From the NCBI GenBank assembly GCA_973895155.1, contig OZ316898.1, positions 16,101,320 through 16,165,319 of the forward strand: a stretch of DNA of 64,000 nucleotides, given 5' to 3'. The translations under genes and the position numbers were made by a program. This DNA is from Marsupella aquatica (lineage: Eukaryota > Plantae > Marchantiophyta). Positions within the stretch are counted from its first letter, which is position 1; each line of letters opens with the position of its first letter. Of the stretch, positions 23,881-35,570 are shown piece by piece. Under the pieces are notes generated by a model. That model was given only the letters and a program-made list of their open reading frames with translations. It was not told the origin of the DNA and ran no database searches.

Positions 23881-26800
23881 CTATGTCCTCAAAGAAACTA
23901 TGGACCTAGAGATCCCTGAAAGATTTTCCAAACCTATTCTCCTTTCCCTATCCACCGCAAAGATATATCTTCCAAGTTGCTGAGGGGGCAGACCAAACAA
24001 TGCATACAAATCTTTCACCAAGATTTGAGATGCCATCCTAACCCCCTCATAAAACTTGCAAGCAATGAATACATGATATTCATTCTCTATACTAGAGCTA
24101 TCACATAGTTGACAAACCCTCTTTTTCCTGTCAATATCCTTCCATCTCCCTTGTTCTACTTCAAGGTGGTGTGAGCTTAGTCTATACTGAGCAATAAGTT
24201 GTCTAAGTTGTACTGAGATAGTGCTAGATAAGTATTCTTGTTCTCGATATTTCTTCATGGGGTTCACATCTCTCATGTAGTATTGCTGCCGTGGGCTAGG
24301 TTCATGCCAAAGTTTGTGCAAAGCCTTTTGCTCAAGTTTTGCTCTTAGCTTGGTTGGGTGTGTTGGCCATTCATGTTCAGGAAAATCCCAAGCATGGGCC
24401 CACTTGCACACATCTGCATACCACCCTTTAGCTGAAGATGAGCGCAAGGCATGAAAAGGAAATCTGTTTTCTTCCAACTCTCTTACACGCATGATGTATT
24501 TGAGTGTGTGGAAGAGTGTCTCCACCTCCAAAGGAAACAAGCCTGCCTCTGCAAGTGTAAGTGTATATGGGGTTTGTGACTTGATCCCAAGCTCCATCTC
24601 AAGAAATAGCTTTTGCAGCCCCTCAATCTGTTGCCACCCAGATTTAGACACACCTGCTCCCCAAATTGGTGCTCCATAAAGAATGACTGGTTTCACCAAA
24701 GCTCCAAAGAGATGTTTCCTTAACCTCCAAGTGTGTAGACCAGCTCTTTTGCATTTGTTCATGAATGCATAAAAAGCTCTGTACCCATTGGCAGCCCTAG
24801 ATTTTACACATGAGGCCCAACTCAAGTTTTGAGAGAACTCCACCCCAAGGTATTTGTAGGTCCTCACAAATTCCACCAGATTCCCTTGGAAGTAGAGCTC
24901 TGGATTTTGTCGTGTGCCAATGCCCAAACACTTGGTCTTCTTGAGGTTGACTACCATCCCTGTTGCTTGACAAAACTCCTCCAAGGCATTGAGATGTCTT
25001 TGCAAAGCTTCTTGAGCATGAGCAAGTAGGACCACATCATCTGCAAATATAAGAAGTTGGAGGACAAACCTACCCAATTGAGTGCCAACTCCACCATGCT
25101 CCTCCAAAATGTTGTGTAGCTGATCAATGAAGATGCCAAATAGAGTTGGTGAGAGAGGACAACCTTGGATCACCCCAAGAGTGCTCCAGATTTCTTCAGA
25201 GGTTTCCTTTGAAAGTTTGATGCGCACTTCTTGGTACAATTTAGAAACAGCCAACCTGAGCTCTTCAGGCACTTCCAACTCCACCATCCTATCCCAAAGC
25301 TTGGATCGGGAAACTTTGTCAAAGGCCTTGGAGAAGTCCACAAACAAGCAAAATAATGGTTTATGTGGAGATTTGGCCTTTTCACACAACACCCTCAAGC
25401 AGAGAATGTGATCCATAGTGCTGAATTCTCTCCTAAAACCTGCTTGTGAAGGTGCCCTTTTCATCTCACTCTCCAACCAAGAGCTTAATCTGGCTTCAAG
25501 TAGTCCTCCCAAAATTTTAGCAAAAGTATTGCCTACCATGATGGTTCTGTAGTTGTGCACATCGTCCTTGTTGCCTGCCTTGAAGATAGGCACCACTCTT
25601 CTGGTCATCCAAGCTTTAGGTAAACCTAAAGCCATTGCTTGATTCAGCTCATGCACCAAGTTTGTTAGTAAAGAGGGTCCTCCCCACAAAAGAAGCTCCA
25701 AGTTCAGGCCCAACAGATCTTTAGCTTTCCCATGTTGCATGTGGGAAAGATGCACCTTCACCTCCCTCTCTGTAAACTGAATGGTGTCCCCAAGGGGCAA
25801 AGGCATGCCACTAGCATCTGGAAAGAAATACAAGGATGTGACATAGGTTACCAGGTCCTGGTGATCCAAGGGGGGAGTAGTCTTGCCTGATTGCATTCTC
25901 TCCCAAAAACGTTTTGGATGTTTGATGAACTCCTCACATAGTGATTGTTGATGACTCTTCAAGAAGCACCTCTTCTTGTGTTTGATGAAGTTCTTGTACA
26001 TAGTGAATGCCAAAAATCTCTTTTCCCCTGAATGTGATCTTGCTTGCATCCTTGCTCTAGCACAATCCTCGTCAAACCAAGCCTTCATGTTTTGCTTTCT
26101 AGGGGGTTTGGTGGAGAAAGTAGAGGCTGCTGCTTGTGCTATGACTTCTGAGAGCTCAATCTGATCATCCAGGGTATGGAGAAGATGTTCAAAGTTGGCT
26201 TTGAAGATGACTTCTCTATCAGGGTCTAGAAACAGAGGTTTGGGTACTGGCTTTCTATGCACTTTGTTTGGGATTGTGGTCAGGTCAAGATGGAACAACA
26301 AAGGCAAGTGTGAAGACTCTGGTTGTTGATCAAGTATTTGAAAGTCAACCACTCTAGTGGCAGAGGTAGGTGAGGCAAGAAGGTAATCAATGGTACTACA
26401 TCCTTGTTTAGATCTAAAAGTATAACCAGATGATTGGGGAAATCTCTCAAGCCCATTCAATATTCTTAGATTACAAGAAGCTCCCAAATGCAAAAAGTGA
26501 CGTGTCATGTCATTTGTTCTGGTGTCAAGAGCCTCTCTCACCCAAGGTATCTCTTCACTACATGATGACCAAGGTAAAGTTCCTAAGTCCTCACTTTCAG
26601 TAAATTGTTCATTAGATACCCTAGCATTAAAGTCCCCCACTATCCATGTCTCCCCTAGTGGTGATATATCATGAATGACTTGGATTAACCTATGAAATGG
26701 ATAATGTGCATCAGCAATTCCCATCTTATAGACATTCATATTAAGGGGAGCAAAGTAGGTGACAATCAGAAATGATGGAGTACCTCTGGTATGAAGTCTC

Positions 26801-27084
26801 ACCACCATGAACTGCTTGCTGGGATCTTCATGTTCAATAGAGGTGATGTGTTGAAGTTGATTCTTGGTGTAGACAGCAATGCCTCCAAACCCTCTTCCCC
26901 GTGTGGTCTTCTTCTCATTGAAGATGGATTGTATGCAAGTAAAGCCTTTAATGCTAGGTAGAGCATTTCCCTCATATTCCCAAGTCTCCGTGAAAAGCAA
27001 GATGTCAAAATTCTCAAACAAAGGTTCCCCTCCAATTGCTGTTTCTATGGAAAGTCCTGAAACATTCCATGCCATGACTCTCAA
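23881..27084 (-). CDS. LINE ORF2: APE endonuclease, reverse transcriptase and C-terminal CCHC finger
   Basis: WNVSGL, ETW, GDFNAR, TIDY, SSHLP; QAGFR, FVDFSKAFD, GVIQGCPLSPTLF, FADD; RLSSHHLEVEQGRW...CQLC...ENEYHVFIAC. Confidence 0.96.
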   Translation of the reverse strand: MRVMAWNVSGLSIETAIGGEPLFENFDILLFTETWEYEGNALPSIKGFTCIQSIFNEKKTTRGRGFGGIAVYTKNQLQHITSIEHEDPSKQFMVVRLHTRGTPSFLIVTYFAPLNMNVYKMGIADAHYPFHRLIQVIHDISPLGETWIVGDFNARVSNEQFTESEDLGTLPWSSCSEEIPWVREALDTRTNDMTRHFLHLGASCNLRILNGLERFPQSSGYTFRSKQGCSTIDYLLASPTSATRVVDFQILDQQPESSHLPLLFHLDLTTIPNKVHRKPVPKPLFLDPDREVIFKANFEHLLHTLDDQIELSEVIAQAAASTFSTKPPRKQNMKAWFDEDCARARMQARSHSGEKRFLAFTMYKNFIKHKKRCFLKSHQQSLCEEFIKHPKRFWERMQSGKTTPPLDHQDLVTYVTSLYFFPDASGMPLPLGDTIQFTEREVKVHLSHMQHGKAKDLLGLNLELLLWGGPSLLTNLVHELNQAMALGLPKAWMTRRVVPIFKAGNKDDVHNYRTIMVGNTFAKILGGLLEARLSSWLESEMKRAPSQAGFRREFSTMDHILCLRVLCEKAKSPHKPLFCLFVDFSKAFDKVSRSKLWDRMVELEVPEELRLAVSKLYQEVRIKLSKETSEEIWSTLGVIQGCPLSPTLFGIFIDQLHNILEEHGGVGTQLGRFVLQLLIFADDVVLLAHAQEALQRHLNALEEFCQATGMVVNLKKTKCLGIGTRQNPELYFQGNLVEFVRTYKYLGVEFSQNLSWASCVKSRAANGYRAFYAFMNKCKRAGLHTWRLRKHLFGALVKPVILYGAPIWGAGVSKSGWQQIEGLQKLFLEMELGIKSQTPYTLTLAEAGLFPLEVETLFHTLKYIMRVRELEENRFPFHALRSSSAKGWYADVCKWAHAWDFPEHEWPTHPTKLRAKLEQKALHKLWHEPSPRQQYYMRDVNPMKKYREQEYLSSTISVQLRQLIAQYRLSSHHLEVEQGRWKDIDRKKRVCQLCDSSSIENEYHVFIACKFYEGVRMASQILVKDLYALFGLPPQQLGRYIFAVDRERRIGLENLSGISRSIVSLRT

Positions 27085-27096
27085 GGTCCCAATCCA

Positions 27097-27870
27097 TCAT
27101 TTAGAAACAACTCTCTTCTTATTGGTAACAACAGCTTGTCCATTGCGCAAGTAGGCTACCAATCCTTGGTCTTTGGCTACCCTCACCTTCTCAAGCTCAA
27201 TTTTCCTTGCTTGGACTTGTGTGGGAGTCAGATCATCATCCAACCAAATCCTTAGCCCTTTAAGCATGCTCCTGTTAGCCATCACTCTAGCTTTCTCGGA
27301 TTCAGCTGCAAACTTCACCAAGATTGGACGTGGAAGGTCCCCCTTCTTTTGCCCAATCCTATATGCTTGCAAAATGATAGGGTCATGCACTTTCATCTGA
27401 GATTGGAAGAATGAAATTGCTACCTTCTTGGTGTCTTCCTTCTCCTCCTCAACAAGGCCTGATATTTTGCAGTTGCTGACTCTTGCATGCTGGTTCTTGT
27501 GTTCTTCTTCTAGTGCTCTCCTCTCCTCCTCCTTGGCTTGGACAAATTCCATATGTGATTGTTTTGCAGCCTGTGCAAAGGTTTTGAGCTTCTCCTCAAT
27601 CTCCCCTACAGCCTCATGTATCACTGATTTCTCTGGGCACATACTCTTCTCCATGTCTCCAAAACACGATGCAAGCAATGAGAGTTGCTTACCATTCTCC
27701 TGAGTTTGAGATCGAAGATCACTAATCAACCTCTTTTGCTTGACATTCTCATTCTTTAGCTCCGTCACCTCCTTGCTGAGCGTGGTAATCTCAATTGCGG
27801 AGTTTTCAGCCACAACTAAGATTTTCTCAAGCAAAGCCTTGAGATGGGCAATCTCCTCCGTTGCCATCAC
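27097..27870 (-). CDS. LINE ORF1 (coiled coil plus RRM/CTD-like nucleic-acid chaperone)
   Basis: Heptad-rich N-terminus; YRIG...PRPILVKF...LKGLRIWLDDDLT motif; lies directly upstream of ORF2. Confidence 0.9.
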   Translation of the reverse strand: MMATEEIAHLKALLEKILVVAENSAIEITTLSKEVTELKNENVKQKRLISDLRSQTQENGKQLSLLASCFGDMEKSMCPEKSVIHEAVGEIEEKLKTFAQAAKQSHMEFVQAKEEERRALEEEHKNQHARVSNCKISGLVEEEKEDTKKVAISFFQSQMKVHDPIILQAYRIGQKKGDLPRPILVKFAAESEKARVMANRSMLKGLRIWLDDDLTPTQVQARKIELEKVRVAKDQGLVAYLRNGQAVVTNKKRVVSK

Positions 27871-27937
27871 AAAGCTGAAACTGTTGTTAGAATGTACTCT
27901 TAGACGACAAATAGAAATTGGGAGCAGTAGAGGATGT

Positions 27938-28773
27938 CAGTTGCAGCTCTACCTTTGCCAGTGATACACTCTCGCTGTTTGCAACACTCTGCCAAAATCT
28001 GAGCTCAAACCGCAGCCGATTGCCCTTCCAACTCGAAATGAAATTTCGCCCCAAGCTCAGAATCCCGAAACTGGACACGTAGCAGATCGTGCATGCTAAA
28101 GTGTATACCAAACAATGTCGGTTGCAGCTCTAACTTTGCCAGTGATACATTCTCGCTGTTTCCAATGCTCTGGCAAAGTCTGAGCTTAAACCGTAGCCAA
28201 TTTCCCTTCCAACTCGAAGTGAAATTTTGCCCCAAGCTCAGAATTGTGAAACTGGAGACGTAATAGATCGTGCATGCTAAAGTGCATATCAAACAATGTC
28301 GGTTGCAGCTCTAACTTTGCCAGTGATACATTCTTGCTGTTTCCAATGCTCTGGCAAAATCTGAGCTCAAATCGCAGCCGATTGCCCTTCCAACTCGAAG
28401 TGAAATTTCACCCCAAGCTTAGAATCGCGAAACTAGAGACGTAGCAGATTGCGCATGCTAAAGTGCATACCAAACGATGTCGGTTGCAGCTCTAACTTTG
28501 CCAGTGATACATTCTCGCTGTTTCCAATGCTCTGGCAAAGTCTGAGCTTAAACCGCAGCCGATTGCCCTTCCAACTCGAAGTGAAATTTCGCCCCAAGCT
28601 CAGAATCGCGAAACTGGAGACGTAGCAGATCGCGCATGCTAAAGTGCATACCAAACGATGTCGGTTGCAGCTCTAACTTTGCCAGTGATACATTCTCGCT
28701 GTTTGCAACACTCTGCCAAAATCCGAGCTCAAACCGCAGCCGATTGCCCTTCCAACTCGAAGTGAAATTTTGC
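27938..28773 (-). repeat. 181-bp tandem monomers in the LINE 5' UTR (~4.6 units)
   Basis: tgcagctcta(a/c)ctttgccagtgatac recurs at ~27942, 28123, 28304, 28485 and 28666. Confidence 0.93.
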
Positions 28774-28818
28774 GTACCGCTGTGCTTAGATGTTTTGACA
28801 TTTCCGTGCCCATTCTCC

Positions 28819-29034
28819 ATAGGGAAAGGAGAATAGGTTTGGAAAATCTTTCAGGGCTCTCTAGGTCCATAGGGCTCTCTAGGTCCATAGTTTCTTTGAG
28901 GACATAGTTGTCCTCTTCTGAGCAATCTCTTTTGGTTGCTCTTTTCTTTGATTGCATTGTACTTTACTTTTTGTGGCAGCTCCTTTGACTTTCATGGTCC
29001 CGGAGCTTATAATACATTACCATTACCATTACCA
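28819..29034 (+). mobile_element. LINE copy L2, 3'-terminal fragment (~215 bp)
   Basis: Matches the ORF2 end, 3' UTR and (CATTAC)3 tail; carries the 18-bp SRSIGL duplication. Confidence 0.92.
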
Positions 29035-30883
29035 ATGAAACATGATGAGACTGGCCTATGGCTTGCCAATTTTAATATGCCTTATCCCTCAGCTGAGAAA
29101 TTAGATTATGTCTTGCCCAGTCAGATTGAGCAGGTTTTCTTTTACCCAAACACAACCAGGGCCTCTTGGAGACATGTCCTCCATAAGGAAAGGAGGTCTC
29201 GACGAGTTGTTGAGGGTATAAATGACCTTGAGTTTAATGATCTTGTGGATCGTCATGAGGCTGTTGAGGCTGAGCTTGTTGCAGCAGCTAACAGACGAGT
29301 GCCCTTGGATGAAGGAGAAATTGTAGTTTTTCAGGAGATGGCAGTGTTGACAAGAAGTGATAGTGATGATGATGATGTCTAGGAAGATGAAGAAGATGAA
29401 GAAGATTCAGATGAAGAGTGAGAATGTGCCTCTTGGGGCAGGAAGTACTGATTGCTCTTTGGTGATAGTGTTTTTTTATGCAATTTTGAATTGAAATGCA
29501 TGATCGGTCTGGGGTGAAAGGTTCTGAGAATGCCTATGAGGCACAGAGGAATAAGAACATAGCAGCCAACCAAGCTATACTTGACCAGTTCGTAGGAACT
29601 GCTGCAAGAGATTTAAAGTATGTACTCTATCCCTATATAGTTTTGAATTTATGCCTTGACTTTATTACTAATGGTTCACACTCATGACATTGCCAGGGTG
29701 ATTGCAATTTACGGGTGAGGCAAGGGTCAAGCGTCTATCTAAGTTGTCAAAGAAGACTGGACAGAATCAGCCGTCTATAGCAAAGCGTAGGAGTTCATGA
29801 TTACTTGGCAGGCACCTGGAGAAAATCATGGAGAGTGACAACAGTGGGAGTGATGAGTCTGAAAAATCAGCTGAGACAAATTATGGGGCAGGTTTAAGTG
29901 ATGGCTTTGAATCAGATGGTGTTGAAGAGCTACGTAAGGTAAGAGAAGACTCACTGTCATTTTCTACTTCACTTGAAGCTAATTGCATTAATTGTCCAAT
30001 TTCTGTATATCTCAATCTGGTGCTACTGTTACTAATTACTTGAATGTGCACACTGTTATCCTCAGGCTCCCCGAAAGTCAGGGCTTAAATATTATGTGGA
30101 TCCTAGGACAAAGGAAGTGAGTGTGTGTAAGTAATTTATTCATTATCTCACTTGCCATGAACTTGTTTTTGACTTGCCAAGTGAATCCTGAGTTCAGAGA
30201 TTCTCACAGTTGCAGATTGATTGTCACAAGTTACATTAATGTTTGACTTGCTAACAAAATCTCTTTGGTTGGTTGTGGTAGTGACACCCTTTCCTAGAGC
30301 ATCTGCTCATGATCTGGATGATGGAATTGTCACAGAAAGATCAGAATAGACACACGTACGACAATCATCTTGTGCTGCAAAGAAACAATGGGAAGAGAAC
30401 ACAAGCGAGCGTCGCAAGTTGGGCATGAAGAAAGCTGCAATCACTGTATGTTGCTTGCGAAAGATCATGCTTGTGATTTATTGTTTGTCCTCTGTTATTG
30501 GTCTCTTATGATGCATTGTGTGTAGATTTGGAACAATGATGTTGATCCTAGTGATCCATATCGGGCACGTTGGGGAGATGATCTTCGTGCTGTGTGTATG
30601 GGTAAACTGAATCCTTCTATCTGTGAGATTAAGAAGCAAGACTCAGGGGTTCTTTTTCATGTTTATGCTGTGCTGGAGAACGATTGGGAGTATGTACAGG
30701 GGACTCTGTCAATGAAGAAGTTCAGGTCTCATTGTTCAGCAGTAATGAAAGCACAGCGAGCAAGACTCCACAAACATTTTTAGGAAGGTGGAAGACGCTT
30801 GGACAAGAATCCCCCTGAGAATATGAAGCCTGAACATTGGAAGGCATTGTGTGAGTGGTGGCTGTCTCCAGAAGGGATGTCTA

Positions 30884-31426
30884 TGGTAATGGTAATGGTA
30901 ATGTATTATAAGCTCTGGGACCATGAAAGTCAAAGGAGCTGCCACAAAAAGTAAAGTACAATGCAATCAAAGAAAAGAGCAACCAAAAGAGATTGCTCAG
31001 AAGAGGACAACTATGTCCTCAAAGAAACTATGGACCTAGAGATCCCTGAAAGATTTTCCAAACCTATTCTCCTTTCCCTATCCACCGCAAAGATATATCT
31101 TCCAAGTTGCTGAGGGGGCAGACCAAACAATGCATACAAATCTTTCACCAAGATTTGAGATGCCATCCTAACCCCCTCATAAAACTTGCAAGCAATGAAT
31201 ACATGATATTCATTCTCTATACTAGAGTTATCACATAGTTGACAAACCCTCTTTTTCCTGTCAATATCCTTCCATCTCCCTTGTTCTACTTCAAGGTGGT
31301 GTGAGCTTAGTCTATACTGAGCAATAAGTTGTCTAAGTTGTACTAAGATAGTGCTAGATAAGTATTCTTGTTCTCGATATTTCTTCATGGGGTTCACATC
31401 TCTCATGTAGTATTGCTGCCGTGGGC
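30884..31426 (-). mobile_element. LINE copy L3, 5'-truncated (543 bp), TSD tcta
   Basis: Tail plus ORF2 C-terminus; removing it restores the CACTA-B frame EGMS-SIDKMK. Confidence 0.94.
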
Positions 31427-31720
31427 TCTAGCATTGACAAGATGAAGTATGCAAGATCTAAAGTCATTAATCCATCAAGGGTTGGACGAGGTGGCTACCG
31501 TGGGAAGGAGTCTGACTTTGTAAGTATACAAGATTCATTTACAGTTATTATGAATGTTTGTAAACAACAAGTAGGCTTACAGCATGTGTCTTCCTTTGTT
31601 TTAGCAATTGGTATGCAAAGAAGCAAGAAGTTTCATTCTAATATGTATTGTTTGATTTCATTGCTCATAAGAGAAAAAGAGGGGAAAGTCCACCTCTATC
31701 TGAGCTACGCTCAAAAGATG

Positions 31721-32341
31721 GTAATGGTAATGGTAATGGTAATGTATTATAAGCTCCGGGACCATGAAAGTCAAAGGAGCTGCCACAAAAAGTAAAGTAC
31801 AATGCAATCAAAGAAAAGAGCAACCAAAAGAGATTGCTCAGAAGAGGACAACTATGTCCTCAAAGAAACTATGGACCTAGAGAGCCCTATGGACCTAGAG
31901 AGCCCTGAAAGATTTTCCAAACCTATTCTCCTTTCCCTATCCACCGCAAAGATATATCTTCCAAGTTGTTGAGGGGCCAGACCAAACAATGCATACAAAT
32001 CTTTCACCAAGATTTGAGATGCCATCCTAACCCCCTCATAAAACTTGCAAGCAATGAATACATGATATTCATTCTCTATACTAGAGCTATCACATAGTTG
32101 ACAAACCCTCTTTTTCCTGTCAATATCCTTCCATCTCCCTTGTTCTACTTCAAGGTGGTGTGAGCTTAGTCTATACTGAGCAATAAGTTGTCTAAGTTGT
32201 ACTGAGATAGTGCTAGATAAGTATTCTTGTTCTCGATATTTCTTCATGGGGTTCACATCTCTCATGTAGTATTGCTGCCGTGGGCTAGGTTCATGCCAAA
32301 GTTTGTGCAAAGCCTTTTGCTCAAGTTTTGCTCTTAGCTTG
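31721..32341 (-). mobile_element. LINE copy L4, 5'-truncated (621 bp), TSD gatg
   Basis: (CATTAC)4 tail plus ORF2 C-terminus; gatg at 31717-31720 and 32342-32345. Confidence 0.94.
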
Positions 32342-33985
32342 GATGATAGATTTGGAGTATCAAGTGTGAGATCTGTCACAGGACAGACCACACCATCTCA
32401 TCGAAGAGGCAGAAAGTCAATTGTGAGTATTAGTTCACAAGTCCAATTTTTGATTTTCAAATTGCCAAGTCTAGGTGATACCAACTAACTTTTGTATGAT
32501 TGTTCAATGGTTGCAGACACCAGGTTCCAGGGCTATGATGGGAGACGAGGAAGGACGTTGTCGTGGTAACTTTGGTGCAAATAGTACACCTAAGTTACAC
32601 GGGTATATTTTGGGTTTGTAACATCTCGACTTAAGATAACAATTAAATAAGACCATAAGTCGGGTACCTATGCTTGTAGCGGGTTGCCGATTCATAAAGA
32701 AATGAGGAACGAGAGGAGGAGGCAACAACTCTAAGGCAAGAAAGCAGCAATGGACGGAGTGCACGGGGCGCCAGTTGGATTTCCAAATCACGTTGAATTT
32801 CAATTTCGGGTTATGGAGAAAGTTCATTTTCGGCAATTCATCGTGCATCACTTTGGTGTGCGATTCCTTTGGGAGGTTGAAGAATCCGCTCAACCTTTGT
32901 TCTTACCCACGCTTACATATGCACATAAGTGGGTTATATGTTTTTATGTTTTAACATAGTAGCTAGTTTGGTGATTCATCATGCCTAGTTACAAAATTTA
33001 GGCATCCTATGATGGGTTAGAGTGATGACAAAGCACTTCTAAATAAAGTATTGTGGGCTATAGGAATAATTATCATAAACTAGAGTATAGGCCTACTAGG
33101 TGGCTTTACTTTTCCACTAGATTTGTGACATAGCAAAATATATAGGGATACGTGGCATACATATGTAAAAAGGCCTTGCATGGTTGCATGTCCATTTAGA
33201 ATCAAACACATGGCCAATTAGGTGTCGAAAGGAGTATAAGCATGGAAACATGCCCAATAGCATCCAAACACCTTGTTGTTTACATGTTCAAATATTATTG
33301 GACCATGTGTACCAAAGGGGTGAGTCATTACCCCTCCAAAGCACTATAAATAAGAGGCCTGCCCCTTGGGGGTGGCATGGTGAGTTTTCTTTGTTATTCC
33401 AAATTTATGTGCAAGAATAGTGTGAGAAATATAAGAATTCATAGAATGTGCTTGGAAGCTAGAGATGTGACATTGTTAAAAAGTTATTAAATAGTAAAGG
33501 TTGTACTATATAGAAAATCATTATGATATATTTTTCTTAGGGAAATAGTATTCTAAATTTGATCACCTTGATGAGCACACCAAGTTTGCTTTTGAAATCA
33601 CTTGATTTTGGTATAATACTAGAAAGTTATGATGACTTGAAGGTTTAAATTATGCTCAAATAGAACCATATTTTTCTGAGTTTGAATATTGCTTATAATA
33701 TTTTCCTAGAATAAGATGCATATTTGAAATTTTTTCTTGGAAATAGATAAGAAGCTATGTCATGCCTAGGAAAAATTTTCAAGGGTATATCTATCTTTAA
33801 GTGAGATATATAATATGGTGACGGTGACAGGGTCTTCGTAGCCTACAATTTAGATAGGTCCACCATTTTTCTTTGTACCTATTGATGGAGATAGAGTTTT
33901 GACTCGAACCTTTGAGGGATGATAGGATAGTAAGTACTTGGCTTGTTTGATATGGTACAAAGGATTCTGAATTACAAGATTAGGG

Positions 33986-34087
33986 ACATTACAATCTATA
34001 CTAATATTAGGCCTAGGAACTAATTCTGAATTACAAGATGAACCTCAATAGAGTTCATAGGCCTAATTTTAGTATAGATTGTAATGT
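33986..34087. repeat. Inverted repeat, 36-bp arms (2 mismatches) with 30-nt loop
   Basis: acattacaatctatactaatattaggcctaggaact pairs with agttcataggcctaattttagtatagattgtaatgt. Confidence 0.85.
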
Positions 34088-35570
34088 TTGGGTGATATGT
34101 CGCCAAAAAATTGAGTTTTGAGCCTTCATCATCAGAAACTTTGGGGAGTTGGCATATACCATGATCATTTCATCCCCGATTCCATTCATTGTTCCCATGA
34201 CAATTGTGCGATTTCGGGTAATGATCGTAGTGTTTTATTAGCACGTCGTAGCGCATTGTTCTTCTGACAGACAGAAGCCCGGGCTTTCCCGACATCGCCC
34301 ACGAACTTCACGACAACGTGATGAGCGTATGTTGAGTACAATTGTGAATGCAATAAGTATAGGGATGAGTGTTGGGTTTGACAAAATGTTAACTGTTTTG
34401 ACAAAACCTAGCCTAAGTCAAGATGTGGAAGAAACTAGAACTGTCCCAGTTGGGCCGGGACAGTCTTCAATGCCCTCACGAATGAGTTTAGTTCCAAAAA
34501 GTCATTCAGGCCATAGTACTTCAGCTGTGAAACTAGACTTTTTGGTGGACTTGACCAAAGAAGGTATGTTTTTTATAGAGGACAGTTAAAGTATGTGTAA
34601 TCAAGCATGCATGACTTGGATTAGTGAATGTTTTCTAATGTCTTGAAATGTTAATGGGCAGTTGAAGATGATCAGGGGATTGATCTCAATGTTGCTGTGG
34701 AATACAATTATGACCTAGTGATTGTGAAGCAAGAGATCAATGGAGAAACAGAGGTGGTATACGAGATAGGTAACATCATCAGTTATCAGTGACTGATAAC
34801 TGATATCAGTCACTGATATCAGTGAAGGGTCCATAGTGAGGGGATGTGGGCGAGGTCTCTGACATTGGCAAGGATATGTCGGCCTACTCGCCAACATCAT
34901 AAAATCATTCAAGCAGACCCAATATGTCCTTTCCGTACACATTAATGCGACCAAATTAGAATGTCAGCGAGACCGCCGACTTGATCTTTACTATAATTGT
35001 TTTGGAAACTTCATACATTGTCTCTCCTTGGTGGGTTAGGCGCTACGCTTGGCTGTTTCGTGTTGGGAAAAGATCTCGGCGAGGGTCGCCAACTTCACAA
35101 AGCTGCATGCTCAAAACAAAGTTGTCTACTCAAAACCGCAAAATGTGTCAGAGACCCTCGCCGAGTGTTGCATGGCATTGGCGATCTGACGTACGTCCAG
35201 CAATCTGACATATGCCAGCATATCTCAGAGAAGGCCGCCAAGATCTGGCCGAGTATCATCTCAGAGACCCTCGCCGAGTTTTGCATGTCGGCGAGGTGGT
35301 CGACATTGGCGATCTGACGTACATCCAGTGATTTGACGTACCCCAGTATATCTCAGAGAAGGCCGCCGAGATCTGACCAAGATTCATCTCAGAGACCCAA
35401 GCTGAGTTCTGCATGTCGGCGAGGTAGCCGACATTGAAAAAACACCGTGCCAAACATGTCTGTCGTGCAAATGTCAAGTAATTTATTAATCACAAACTCG
35501 TACAAAATTTGTCCATGTTACAAAATCTGAACCAAAACTACCAGGGGTGAGGATAAATTCTTCTAAACTA

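Larger units (their letters stand above)
23750..28773 (-). mobile_element. RTEX-like LINE copy L1, near full length, both ORFs intact
   Basis: (CATTAC)4 tail at 23750-23773, ORF2, ORF1 and ~4.6 5' monomers of 181 bp; no TSD found. Confidence 0.95.
29035..35540 (+). mobile_element. CACTA/EnSpm family B, 3' portion, decayed
   Basis: MKHDETGLWLANF...VLPSQIEQVFFY (DUF4216-like, diverged from family A); TnpA-like exons (HWKALCEWW...KMKYARSKVINPSRVGRGG); CTCGCC/GGCGAG subterminal-type repeats at ~34850-35450; terminus not seen. Confidence 0.75.

Noticed and set aside
27938-28773. 181-bp array as a CRISPR array, or its 60-95 aa ORFs as genes
   Set aside because: Contiguous monomers without unique spacers in a eukaryotic context; the ORFs simply recur with the repeat period
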